Source: Fusobacterium paranimalis (GTDB taxonomy: Bacteria > Fusobacteriota > Fusobacteriia > Fusobacteriales > Fusobacteriaceae). From it: a DNA stretch of 64,000 nt. The stretch covers positions 767,389 through 831,388 of the forward strand of contig OZ256152.1 of the NCBI GenBank assembly GCA_965278035.1, in the 5' to 3' direction. Shown here piece after piece: positions 29,612-38,237 of this stretch (position 1 is the stretch's first letter; each line of letters begins with the position of its first letter). The notes below the pieces were generated by a model that worked only from the letters and a program-made list of their open reading frames with translations, made no database searches and was not told the origin of the DNA. Made by a program: the position numbers and the translations under genes.

Positions 29612-30301
29612 ATGGGAGAAATTATACAAATTAAAGTTGAAAAAGGTGGTATAGGTAAAACCTTTATTGCTTCTAACTTAGCTCATTTACTTGCTCTTTT
29701 AGAATATAGGGTAATTATTCTTAGTATCGATTCACAGAATAATGTATATAGCATTTTTAATAAAGTAAATCAGAGAATAAAAGGAAGTTTAAAAAAATCT
29801 ATTTTAAGTAATGAGATTTATAAAATAAAACTAAGAGAAAATTTAGATTTTATTCCTATTGAGCTATATTTAAGCTCAAATATTTTAAAAGAAGTACCTG
29901 CTTTTTTAAGAAAACTTAAAAAGAATTATGATTATATAATAATAGACAGTCTTCCAGCATTAAAAGTAGACAATATCTTTTTAGAAAACTCTGATAAGAT
30001 TATTATACCAGCACATGGTGATAAAATGACATTGCAAGGCATAATCAGTATAATAAAAGAGCATAGAGAAAAGATACATTCTATAATATTTAATAAATAT
30101 ATCAACACCAAAATTAATAGAGAATATTATAAGGAAATTAAAGAGATTTGTAAAAATAGTGGTATTTATATATCAAAACCTATAAAGAACAATGCCTTTA
30201 TCGCTGAGCTAATAGAAAAAGGTAAAACAATATGGGAAAGTAGAGCTAAAAAAATAATAGAAACACAAGAAATCTTCAAAGATATAATTAGAAGATTTTA
30301 A
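29612..30301 (+). CDS. ParA/Soj-family partition ATPase
   Basis: Deviant Walker A KGGIGKT. The ATG at 29612 has a GGAGG Shine-Dalgarno sequence. The track start further upstream is probably not used. Confidence 0.85.
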   Translation: MGEIIQIKVEKGGIGKTFIASNLAHLLALLEYRVIILSIDSQNNVYSIFNKVNQRIKGSLKKSILSNEIYKIKLRENLDFIPIELYLSSNILKEVPAFLRKLKKNYDYIIIDSLPALKVDNIFLENSDKIIIPAHGDKMTLQGIISIIKEHREKIHSIIFNKYINTKINREYYKEIKEICKNSGIYISKPIKNNAFIAELIEKGKTIWESRAKKIIETQEIFKDIIRRF

Positions 30302-30313
30302 TTTTAAATAACT

Positions 30314-30332
30314 TGTATGGTTATCCCATACT
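30314..30332. promoter_or_regulatory. Operator-like palindrome, motif 1
   Basis: The sequence tgtatggttatcccatact lies upstream of the Shine-Dalgarno sequence of gene 30348..30995. Confidence 0.45.
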
Positions 30333-30347
30333 ATTGAAAGGAGAATT

Positions 30348-30995
30348 ATGACTGTTAAATTAAATTTAGATGATTTTAAAAAAGAAATTTCCCTAACTAA
30401 GAAAAAAGATGAGAATTTGATAGATTTAAAAGATTTTGAATATATTTCTTATACAAATAATAATGAAGTTGATGATTTCTTAAATGAAAAATCTTTTATG
30501 TTAATTAATTTTATAGGAAAATCTAATATTTTTTTAGGTAACATATTTTTAGAAGTTCAAAATTACTTAAATGATAATTCCATTGAAGAAACTACTTATT
30601 GTGATTGGCTTCAAAGAAATGGTTTTAATAGAATGACAGCATTGCGATACAAAAAAAGAGCTGAGATATACAGTTCTTTATTATCAGAAAATTCTAAAAA
30701 GATTATTGCACTAGCAAATCAAAAAACAATAGATGAGATTTATAAGTTCAATGATAGACAAGGTATATTAACTTATCTTGAAAAAATTAATAATATCTCT
30801 GAAATTGAAAATTACTTAAATAATGCCCTAACTTTAAAAAAAGATGAAGAGGAGGTGGAGATAATTGAAGTAGATAGCTTAGATTTAGAAAATAGAGTGA
30901 GAAAACTATCTACCTCTATTGAAAATCTTGAACCTAAAAAACAAAAACAAGTAGATAGTTTACTTAAAAAGATTGAAAAAATTATGAGCAGTTAA
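30348..30995 (+). CDS. Hypothetical protein downstream of parA (possible partition/accessory protein)
   Basis: 215 aa, hydrophilic with a coiled-coil C-terminus. It has its own motif 1 palindrome plus a Shine-Dalgarno sequence upstream. Confidence 0.3.
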   Translation: MTVKLNLDDFKKEISLTKKKDENLIDLKDFEYISYTNNNEVDDFLNEKSFMLINFIGKSNIFLGNIFLEVQNYLNDNSIEETTYCDWLQRNGFNRMTALRYKKRAEIYSSLLSENSKKIIALANQKTIDEIYKFNDRQGILTYLEKINNISEIENYLNNALTLKKDEEEVEIIEVDSLDLENRVRKLSTSIENLEPKKQKQVDSLLKKIEKIMSS

Positions 30996-31001
30996 TTTAT
31001 T

Positions 31002-31020
31002 ATGTAACAACTTGTTACAC
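31002..31020. promoter_or_regulatory. Operator-like palindrome, motif 2
   Basis: The sequence atgtaacaacttgttacac (8/9 symmetric) lies upstream of the small basic-protein gene. Confidence 0.4.
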
Positions 31021-31038
31021 AAACAGAGGTTAAGACTA

Positions 31039-31197
31039 ATGGAGAGGACTAGAAAATTTAACAGTAAGATGATTAGAAAAAGAATTATTTTAGGAAAAAA
31101 ACTTACAAGAGGAATGTTTGATTATATAAGAAGAAATCCAGATGAATTTAAAGATTTAGTATTTGTTAGAAGAAGATTTAAAAATACACAGAGGTAA
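31039..31197 (+). CDS. Small highly basic protein (52 aa)
   Basis: An ATG with an AGAGG Shine-Dalgarno sequence. The product is Arg/Lys-rich. The motif 2 palindrome lies immediately upstream. The track ORF starts at a TTG inside the palindrome. Confidence 0.3.
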   Translation: MERTRKFNSKMIRKRIILGKKLTRGMFDYIRRNPDEFKDLVFVRRRFKNTQR

Positions 31198-31423
31198 TAG
31201 TATGAAACATTTTTTGAAAGTTAAAGATATTAAAGAGATTATTTTAAAAGAGTATGGAAAATCAATATCCAGCAGCAAAGCATATGAAATTATTAGAATC
31301 TTAAATTTAGAGTTAGAAGAAAAAAATATATTAACTATTAGAGGTGCTGTCAGTGAAAAATACTTTAATGCTAGGAAAAAGATTATAGCACAACTCTTAA
31401 AGGGGGTAAAAAAGAATGAATGA
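31163..31423 (+). CDS. Hypothetical protein
   Basis: 86 aa, hydrophilic and helical. It overlaps its neighbours in other reading frames. Confidence 0.3.
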   Translation: MLEEDLKIHRGNSMKHFLKVKDIKEIILKEYGKSISSSKAYEIIRILNLELEEKNILTIRGAVSEKYFNARKKIIAQLLKGVKKNE

Positions 31424-31574
31424 AAGAATTACTAATATAGATATTAGAAAAATATTTGAATGTTCTAAACCTACTGCATTAAAAATAATGAAAAGAATTT
31501 TAAAAGAAAAAAATTTAACAAAAGGAAAAATAAGCAAAAATGATATAAAGAAAAGATTTTATATTGATATATAA
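31416..31574 (+). CDS. Small hypothetical protein, possible HTH-like (52 aa)
   Basis: An ATG overlapping the upstream stop (ATGAATGA), absent from the track because it is shorter than 60 aa. The sequence MNERITNIDIRKIFECSKPTALKIMKRIL.. resembles a small DNA-binding fold. Confidence 0.2.
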   Translation: MNERITNIDIRKIFECSKPTALKIMKRILKEKNLTKGKISKNDIKKRFYIDI

Positions 31575-31586
31575 GGAGCTGATAAA

Positions 31587-32414
31587 ATGTTTAAAATTAA
31601 TGAAAGAAATTTAATAGGTATTGTTTTTACTGGATTTATAGTTATTTTTGTAATAGGTCTTGTACTTAGTAATTGTTATTCAGTTAATACAGGAGAAGTT
31701 GCTATTATATCAACTTTTGGAAAAATCACTAGAATAGATACAGAAGGTTTAAATTTTAAAATACCTTTTGTCCAATCAAAAGACTATATGGAAACAAGAG
31801 AAAAAACATATATCTTTGGAAAAACTGATGAACAAGATACAACCTTAGTTGTTTCTACAAAAGATATGCAATCAATATTAATTGACTTAACTGTCCAAGC
31901 GAATATTACAGACCCTGAAAAGCTATATAGAGCATTTCATAACAAACACGAATATCGTTTTGTAAGACCTCGTGTAAAAGAAGTTGTACAGGCTACTATC
32001 GCAAGGTATACCATAGAAGAATTTGTTTCTAAAAGAGCTGAAATTAGTAGAATCATAAATGAAGATATAGCAGATGATCTTGCTGAGTATGGAATGAATG
32101 TATCTAATGTTTCTATTGTAAATCATGACTTTTCTGATGAATATGAGAAAGCTATTGAGATGAAAAAAGTTGCTGAACAAGCTGTGGAAAGAGCAAAAGC
32201 AGAACAAGAAAAATTAAAAGTAGAAGCTGAAAATAGAGTAAAACTTGCTGAATATGCTTTAAAAGAAAAAGAATTACAAGCAAAAGCTAATGAAATAGAA
32301 AGTAATTCATTAAGTCCACAGTTACTTAAAAAGATGGCAATAGAAAAATGGAATGGAATCTTACCAAAAGTTCAAAGTCCTAATAACAGTAATTTAATTA
32401 GTATAGACAATTAA
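31587..32414 (+). CDS. SPFH/band-7 (prohibitin-like) domain membrane protein
   Basis: N-terminal TM helix, an SPFH core, and a coiled-coil C-terminal region. Confidence 0.75.
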   Translation: MFKINERNLIGIVFTGFIVIFVIGLVLSNCYSVNTGEVAIISTFGKITRIDTEGLNFKIPFVQSKDYMETREKTYIFGKTDEQDTTLVVSTKDMQSILIDLTVQANITDPEKLYRAFHNKHEYRFVRPRVKEVVQATIARYTIEEFVSKRAEISRIINEDIADDLAEYGMNVSNVSIVNHDFSDEYEKAIEMKKVAEQAVERAKAEQEKLKVEAENRVKLAEYALKEKELQAKANEIESNSLSPQLLKKMAIEKWNGILPKVQSPNNSNLISIDN

Positions 32415-32502
32415 GAGATAGATTATAGATATACAAACTACATAAAAAAACTAATATATGAATTGTCTATAAGCACAAACAGTAAAAATAGGAGAATATA
32501 AT

Positions 32503-32733
32503 ATGTTAGAAAAATATCCTGATATTTTAAAAGTACCTGAAATATCACAAATTTTAAGAATTGGTATACAAAAAGTATATAAGTTATTAAAAAGTGGTGA
32601 AATAAAAAATAAAAAAATTGGTAATCTCTATTTTATTTCTAAAGAAGATTTGATAAAATATATTAGAGGAAATAAGACCAAAAATTCATCTTCTTTATCT
32701 ATAAAGGAGAAAAGAGATGAAAGTAAAATTTAA
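32503..32733 (+). CDS. Excisionase-type HTH DNA-binding protein
   Basis: 76 aa with an HTH (VPEISQILRIGIQKVYKLLKSGEI). It lies directly upstream of the integrase and overlaps it. Confidence 0.55.
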   Translation: MLEKYPDILKVPEISQILRIGIQKVYKLLKSGEIKNKKIGNLYFISKEDLIKYIRGNKTKNSSSLSIKEKRDESKI

Positions 32734-33907
32734 CCACAGATTAAGGGAAAGAAATGGGATATATCATGTAGTTGTTTATTGGATAAATCCCATTACAAAA
32801 GAACAAGAAAGTAAGTCAAAAAGCACAGGACTCAAGCTAAAAGGCAATAAAAAGAAAGCAGAAGAAATAGGAGAAGCTTTTCTTAAAGAAGTAAAAGAAC
32901 AATATAAAGATGCATATCAAGATGATAAAGTAGTAAAAATTGAAGAGCAAAAAATTAAATTTCTTGATTTTCTTGAACAATCTATAACTAATAGCAAAAA
33001 TACAATACAATATCCAACATACAAATCATACAAGGATCAACAAAGAATTATAGAAAAATTTTTTTCTCAAAAAAATCTTGATTTAGAGGCTGTTACTGTA
33101 GCAAATATATTAGATTTCTACAATCATCTATCAATTGTGAGAAAAAATACTAATAATACTATAATACATTATCATGCATTATTGAGAAAAACTTTTACTG
33201 AAGCACATATAAGAAAACTAATTAAAGAAAATATAATGTTAGAAATCCCAAGACCTAAAAAAGAAAAATATATCTCTGAGGTTTTTAATTTAAAAGAGAT
33301 TAATACTTTTTTAAATTATATTAAAGGACATAAATTTGAATTAGAACTGAACTTAGCATTATTTTATGGTTTTCGTAGAAGTGAACTACTAGGATTAAGA
33401 TTTTCAGTAATTGATTTTGATAATAATACTATTTTGGTTAATACTAAAATTACTTCTTCAGAAGAGGAAAAATTAGTTGCTAAACAAAAAATGAAAAATG
33501 ATAGTAGTTATAGAATTATGCCTTTATTAGCTTCAATAAAAGAATTAATAATTCAAAGAATGGAAAGAATAAAAAAAGATAAAAACTTCTTTAAAAGTTC
33601 TTATACAAAGAAATGGGAGGGATTTATATGTGTAGGTGAAGATGGTGAGCTTATTAAACCAGACAGGGTTACAAAAACATTTAGAAGGCTTATAAAGGAA
33701 TGTGGTCTTAAAAAAATTAGGTTACATGATTTAAGGCATTCTTGTGCAACACTTTTATATGAGCAGGATATACAGTTAAAAGATATACAAATGTGGCTTG
33801 GACATAGTGATATACAAACTACTGCAAATATATACTCACATTTTGATTACACTAGAAAAGAAAAAACTGGAGAAATTATTGAAAAATCTTTAAAAAACTT
33901 AAAGTAA
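32717..33907 (+). CDS. Tyrosine-type site-specific integrase
   Basis: C-terminal catalytic signature R...HDLRHSCAT...HSDIQTTANIYSHF (R-H-R-Y). Confidence 0.9.
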   Translation: MKVKFNHRLRERNGIYHVVVYWINPITKEQESKSKSTGLKLKGNKKKAEEIGEAFLKEVKEQYKDAYQDDKVVKIEEQKIKFLDFLEQSITNSKNTIQYPTYKSYKDQQRIIEKFFSQKNLDLEAVTVANILDFYNHLSIVRKNTNNTIIHYHALLRKTFTEAHIRKLIKENIMLEIPRPKKEKYISEVFNLKEINTFLNYIKGHKFELELNLALFYGFRRSELLGLRFSVIDFDNNTILVNTKITSSEEEKLVAKQKMKNDSSYRIMPLLASIKELIIQRMERIKKDKNFFKSSYTKKWEGFICVGEDGELIKPDRVTKTFRRLIKECGLKKIRLHDLRHSCATLLYEQDIQLKDIQMWLGHSDIQTTANIYSHFDYTRKEKTGEIIEKSLKNLK

Positions 33908-33956
33908 AAAGGACTATATAAAATAGTCCAATTAAAAGTATTTAAGATGCCTAATA

Positions 33957-34044
33957 TGGTGCCTGAGATGGGACTCGAACCCATAAGGTAAAAATTACCG
34001 ATAGATTTTGAGTCTATTATGTTTACCAATTTCATCACTCAGGC
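33957..34044 (-). tRNA. tRNA-Leu (anticodon CAA)
   Basis: Manual fold on the minus strand gives a 7-bp acceptor stem, a D arm, an anticodon stem ATAGA/TCTAT with loop CTCAAAA, a long variable arm, a T arm GGTTCGAGTCC and an encoded CCA. Confidence 0.85.
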
Positions 34045-34147
34045 AAAAAACATTTTAAAGAAAATAGTGGACAAAATGAATGGTCAACAAGCAACAAACC
34101 CAAATGGACAACTGTATTAAAGGTCAGTTAGACAAATAATAGAAGAT

Positions 34148-34189
34148 GATTTTGAGTCTGGTGCGTCTACCAATTCCACCACTCAGGCA
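34148..34189 (-). pseudogene. Truncated tRNA-Leu 5' fragment (acceptor 5' strand, D arm, 5' half of anticodon stem-loop only)
   Basis: The minus-strand sequence GCCTGAGTGGTGGAATTGGTAGACGCACCAGACTCAAAATC matches a tRNA-Leu up to the anticodon loop and then diverges. There is no 3' anticodon-stem strand, T arm or acceptor 3' strand. Confidence 0.5.
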
Positions 34190-34196
34190 CTTTATC

Positions 34197-34273
34197 TGGC
34201 GCACCTGGCAGGAGTCGAACCCGCAACCCTCTGATCCGTAGTCAGATGCTCTATCCAATTGAGCCACAGATGC
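34197..34273 (-). tRNA. tRNA-Arg (anticodon ACG)
   Basis: Manual fold: anticodon stem TCTGA/TCAGA with loop CTACGGA, a T arm GGGTTCGACTCC and a 3' GCCA. Confidence 0.85.
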
Positions 34274-34336
34274 ATAACAATACTTAACTAGAGTATCATA
34301 TAATTTTTTTTATGTCAATTAATTTTTAAATAAAAA

Positions 34337-34413
34337 TGGCACACCCAGTAGGACTTGAACCCACAACCCTCTGATCCGAAGTCAGATGCTCTATCCAGTT
34401 AAGCTATGAGTGC
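34337..34413 (-). tRNA. tRNA-Arg (anticodon TCG)
   Basis: Manual fold: anticodon loop CTTCGGA, a T arm GGGTTCAAGTCC and a 3' GCCA. Confidence 0.8.
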
Positions 34414-34741
34414 ACTATAGTTTTAGATTAACATATATTTTTTTATCTGTCAATTATAATTTTATAAAATTCTATTATATTATCATTTTATAATCTTACA
34501 TTATTAACATATAATGTAATTTATCAATAATTTATTGACAATTTAAAATAAAAAATATTGTATTATATAGTAGAATCCATTAAAATTATATAATCCTGAT
34601 AGTAAACAACTATCTATATAGTTCTGGGAATTATATAAGATATGTTTCCATTTCAGAAGAGGAGTATAATAATATTCTAAAAAAAGTAGAAAATAAGAGA
34701 ATATAAATTAAATATTCATAAAGTTAAGGGAGGTGAGCTAA

Positions 34742-35017
34742 ATGTCTAGTATAGAAGTTCACAAACCTGGATTATGTACAACTGGTCAAGATATTGGAAG
34801 AATTGGATATCAACAATTTGGAATACCTTTATCTGATATTATGGATGAATTTACTTTTACAGTGGCTAATTATCTTGTTGGAAGTGATAAAAATGATGTA
34901 GTTTTAGAAATATCTTTTTTAGGACCTACATTGGAATTGGAATTTGATGTCATCATAGCTACAACTGGTGCAGATATTCAGCCAAAAATAAATAATCAAA
35001 ATATCAAAATGTGGTAG
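34742..35017 (+). pseudogene. N-terminal fragment of a 5-oxoprolinase subunit C / allophanate-hydrolase-subunit-2 (KipA/PxpC) family gene
   Basis: The 91-aa ORF (HKPGLCTTGQDIGRIGYQQFGIPLSDIMD) matches the conserved N-terminus of biotin-dependent carboxyltransferase-family PxpC (about 330 aa) and then stops. Confidence 0.45.
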
Positions 35018-35029
35018 TCTATAAATGTT

Positions 35030-35066
35030 AAAAAAAGGTACTCAAAAATTGAATACCTAATTTTGC
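35030..35066. terminator. Possible bidirectional terminator between convergent genes
   Basis: A-run, an imperfect hairpin GGTACTC...GAATACC, then a T-run. Confidence 0.25.
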
Positions 35067-35138
35067 CATATTAAAAAATTAATTGGATAATTCTAAACTT
35101 TTTTATCAACACTATTTGACAAACAAACTTTATTTTAA

Positions 35139-35732
35139 CTAAAATCTTTCAACAGCTGTAAAAGGTTCAAAAGCAAATTTATGTAAATCAACAGAATTTG
35201 CAACTTCTACCTTATGAATATTATTTTTTCTAAAAGCATACATATCTATCTTAGTAACAGATTTTGGAAAACTTACTGTTTCTAAAGCATTTTTATAGAA
35301 AGCTGATGCTCCTATATATTCTAATGATTCAGGTAAATTTAATTCTGGAAGTTCATTCATAGCAAATGAGCTTGGTTCTAATCTTTTTACTTTACTTCCA
35401 AATTCAACCTTAGTCAATTTATTTCTGTAAAAAGCAAATCCTTCAATATTTACTAATGCTTCTGATAATTTAACTTCTTTTAATTTACAAACTCCAAAAG
35501 CATCATAACCAATACTTTCCACTGTATTAGGTATCACTACTGATGTTAATCCTCTTCTATAAAAAGCATTGTCTCCTATCTTTTTTAAAGGTAGTCCATC
35601 AGGAGTTAGTTCAGGAATTACTAAATCAGTTTTACCTTCAAGTTTTACTTTGTCTTTGCCCTTTTGAGTCATTCCTTTTAGTTCATCACCTTTGAAAATG
35701 AAGTCATCATATTCCCAAATATTTTGTTCCAT
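35139..35732 (-). CDS. BspA-type leucine-rich-repeat protein, no signal peptide
   Basis: Repeats of the form ...IP.SV..IG..AF.....L..V... about 22-23 aa long. It starts 10 nt after the hgdB stop. Confidence 0.55.
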   Translation of the reverse strand: MEQNIWEYDDFIFKGDELKGMTQKGKDKVKLEGKTDLVIPELTPDGLPLKKIGDNAFYRRGLTSVVIPNTVESIGYDAFGVCKLKEVKLSEALVNIEGFAFYRNKLTKVEFGSKVKRLEPSSFAMNELPELNLPESLEYIGASAFYKNALETVSFPKSVTKIDMYAFRKNNIHKVEVANSVDLHKFAFEPFTAVERF

Positions 35733-35742
35733 TTTTTTCCTC

Positions 35743-36891
35743 CTAGAATCTACTTAATTGTACTAATTCATTAAATGTTTCAAGTTGAGTCTTAACTTGT
35801 CCAAAGTCTACCATTTGTTGATCATATCCCATTTTAATCAATGGTACTTTTGCTTCATCAAATGCTTGTTTTAATGATGGATATTCCATTTCTTCTGTAT
35901 CGTTGAAGTTCATCATAAATAGTAGGCAACCATCTGCATTATTTTCTTTTACTAAATCTAATACATATTTTGGTCTTTTGATAATATCAGGGTCATAAAG
36001 TAAAGGATCTTCGTCCATACGAGCAAATTGATCAGCAAGAGCTAACATTGGATCAGCTATTGATAAATCTATATCTACTTTTAATGCTCTTGATTCATGA
36101 GCTACATCATCTGCAACTACACATACTTTATAGTTATCAAATACTTCTAAAAGTCCAGGATTGTCAGTGATAATTCCACTTGTAACAACTCTCACTCCAT
36201 CCCATTGTTCTTCTGGTAGAGCTTCTAATTGTTGATTTAATATTCTTAATAAATCTGTATGTTCATCTTTTAACATAAAGTATGAACTCTTTAAAACATT
36301 AGATCTATCAGATGCTTTTATACTTTGAGGGTGTTTAGCAGCAAGTTTTATAAATCTCCTTTTTTCTTCTCTATTTTCATTATAAACCTTAAATGCTTTC
36401 TTTAAGTTTTCATCAGTTATTTTTACATTGCAAATTTTTTCCAATTCTTCTTTTGCATTATTAAAAATTTTAGCATTATATTGTTTACCAAAATCTTCTT
36501 TTCTATGTTGTGCATGATTTAAAAATATCATAGGTATCTTTTTTCCTGCACTTACTTTATAGTTTTGAGATAATGGTCTTAATGTATCGTCAAGAGTAGT
36601 TAGCATAGAAGCAGATAATCCATCTAATGTTCCATCTAATGCCATTTCTAAACATCTCAAAGCCAATGAGTAATAGAAAGTAGGAAAATAATCCTTTGCT
36701 TTTTCAATAGGTCCTTGTCCTCCCCATACACCAAATGGAACCATTCCACCTGCATAAACTATTTCTTCTGGTGCATAATAAGGGAATATTCCTACTGCCT
36801 TCTTACCTTCAGCAAGATATTTGTCTAATTGCTTTCTAGGATTTTCTGCATAGTACTTAAATTGTTCTAACAATTCCTTAATTTCAGCCAT
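35743..36891 (-). CDS. hgdB: (R)-2-hydroxyglutaryl-CoA dehydratase subunit beta
   Basis: 382 aa, the expected HgdB size. It follows hgdA in the canonical hgdCAB order. Confidence 0.75.
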   Translation of the reverse strand: MAEIKELLEQFKYYAENPRKQLDKYLAEGKKAVGIFPYYAPEEIVYAGGMVPFGVWGGQGPIEKAKDYFPTFYYSLALRCLEMALDGTLDGLSASMLTTLDDTLRPLSQNYKVSAGKKIPMIFLNHAQHRKEDFGKQYNAKIFNNAKEELEKICNVKITDENLKKAFKVYNENREEKRRFIKLAAKHPQSIKASDRSNVLKSSYFMLKDEHTDLLRILNQQLEALPEEQWDGVRVVTSGIITDNPGLLEVFDNYKVCVVADDVAHESRALKVDIDLSIADPMLALADQFARMDEDPLLYDPDIIKRPKYVLDLVKENNADGCLLFMMNFNDTEEMEYPSLKQAFDEAKVPLIKMGYDQQMVDFGQVKTQLETFNELVQLSRF

Positions 36892-36908
36892 CTTTCTTCC
36901 TCCTAATT

Positions 36909-38237
36909 TTAGTGTTTCATTGTTTCCTTAGACCAATCTGTTTCTTTCGTATTTTCAAAGTTAGTGTAAACTTCCTCACCTTTTGCTAATCTTTCTTCTT
37001 TTCTTTCTTGCATTATTTCAACAAGTCCTTGTACTCTTGTATTATATTGTTCTGTTGAGAAATTTCTTTCATCAGCTTGGTCTCCATCAAAGTGAACAAC
37101 TGGTATTCCTAAATCTTCTTTCCATCTTCTTTCTATTTCAGGCATTGCACCACTCCAAGGTTTACAACTACGGTTATAGTTTACAAGTGCTCCACTTATA
37201 CCATTTTCCTTAGCCATAGTTTCTCTCCATTCAACACCTGTTTCTATACATACAGAACAAGGTGCTTTACAATATGCTGCTGCCATTTCTCTTATATTAT
37301 TATATCTAAATCCAAATGCTGGTGCATAAACAACAGCTGTAACATTTACCCCATTGTCTTTTAAAGGCTCAAATAGTGGTTTTAATCCTGGCCAACAAGG
37401 AATACCTTCAAATAGTATTCTATGTTCTTCTGGATATTCCCAAGTTGAAGTTCCTTCTTTAATAGATTGTTCAAATTCATCTGCTAATAATTCAAATCCA
37501 ATAGCAGCTTCCTCATCACATCTAGCAGCAACTATATCTGCCATATGGTTAAATAGATCAAATCCGCTAAGTGGTGATGGTTTATACCCCATATATTTAC
37601 AAGCTCTCAACCAAGCAGCAGCAGTTCTATTTGCTCTTGCACAGGCATCTTCAAATTTCTTTTCATCAAATTTCTTTCCTGTTAATTCTTCTAATTGTTT
37701 AATAGCATAATTAAATTGTCCAAGTAGATAATCAACTTTTTCTTCTGGGACATCTACTGTATTTGAAAATGGTATATCTACCATTATTAATGGAATATTA
37801 TGCATTCTTGCGATATTTTCATACCATTTAGTCATCATATTGCAAATGTTGTTACAACATAGTAAGAAGTCTGGTTGAGGCATTCTTCTTGCATCTGTTG
37901 GCTCACCAGCAGCATATGCTAAGTTGATTCTTGCATATCCACAAATATCATTGTCATATCCCATATCTTCTGCTGCTTGACAAAGTCTTAATCCATCTTT
38001 TTTAGCTGCTGCTGATGCAGCATGGTTTTCAGGATATACAACATTTAAGTCAAAAGCTTTTGCAAGCTCAATAGGGAATTTAGATGAACTCCATCCAACT
38101 AATTCTCCTCTCTTTTTTGCTTCCCAAGCATTTGCATAAACTTTATCAACAACACCTCTTAATATAGCCGCAGCAGGTTTATGTCCTTCTATTGGTCTAG
38201 GTTTTTTATTAGGTAATTTTTCCATTTTTCCAGCCAT
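36909..38237 (-). CDS. hgdA: (R)-2-hydroxyglutaryl-CoA dehydratase subunit alpha
   Basis: 442 aa with Cys-containing regions consistent with the [4Fe-4S] dehydratase component D. Confidence 0.8.
   Translation of the reverse strand: MAGKMEKLPNKKPRPIEGHKPAAAILRGVVDKVYANAWEAKKRGELVGWSSSKFPIELAKAFDLNVVYPENHAASAAAKKDGLRLCQAAEDMGYDNDICGYARINLAYAAGEPTDARRMPQPDFLLCCNNICNMMTKWYENIARMHNIPLIMVDIPFSNTVDVPEEKVDYLLGQFNYAIKQLEELTGKKFDEKKFEDACARANRTAAAWLRACKYMGYKPSPLSGFDLFNHMADIVAARCDEEAAIGFELLADEFEQSIKEGTSTWEYPEEHRILFEGIPCWPGLKPLFEPLKDNGVNVTAVVYAPAFGFRYNNIREMAAAYCKAPCSVCIETGVEWRETMAKENGISGALVNYNRSCKPWSGAMPEIERRWKEDLGIPVVHFDGDQADERNFSTEQYNTRVQGLVEIMQERKEERLAKGEEVYTNFENTKETDWSKETMKH

Larger units (their letters stand above)
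12267..33956. mobile_element. Integrative conjugative element (T4SS + tyrosine integrase) inserted beside tRNA-Leu; left boundary uncertain
   Basis: A contiguous block encodes VirB2/3/4/6/8/9/10/11, VirD4, a primase, ParA, an XRE regulator, a methyltransferase, a nuclease, an SPFH protein, an excisionase and an integrase. It ends 50 nt from the 3' end of tRNA-Leu. No att direct repeat was found inside the window, so the left end may lie elsewhere. Confidence 0.6.

Noticed and set aside
34045-34196. Idea that the split tRNA-Leu carries a group I intron
   Set aside because: The 5' fragment is not followed by any matching 3' half. The complete tRNA-Leu downstream has its own distinct 5' half, so it is a separate gene plus a fragment.
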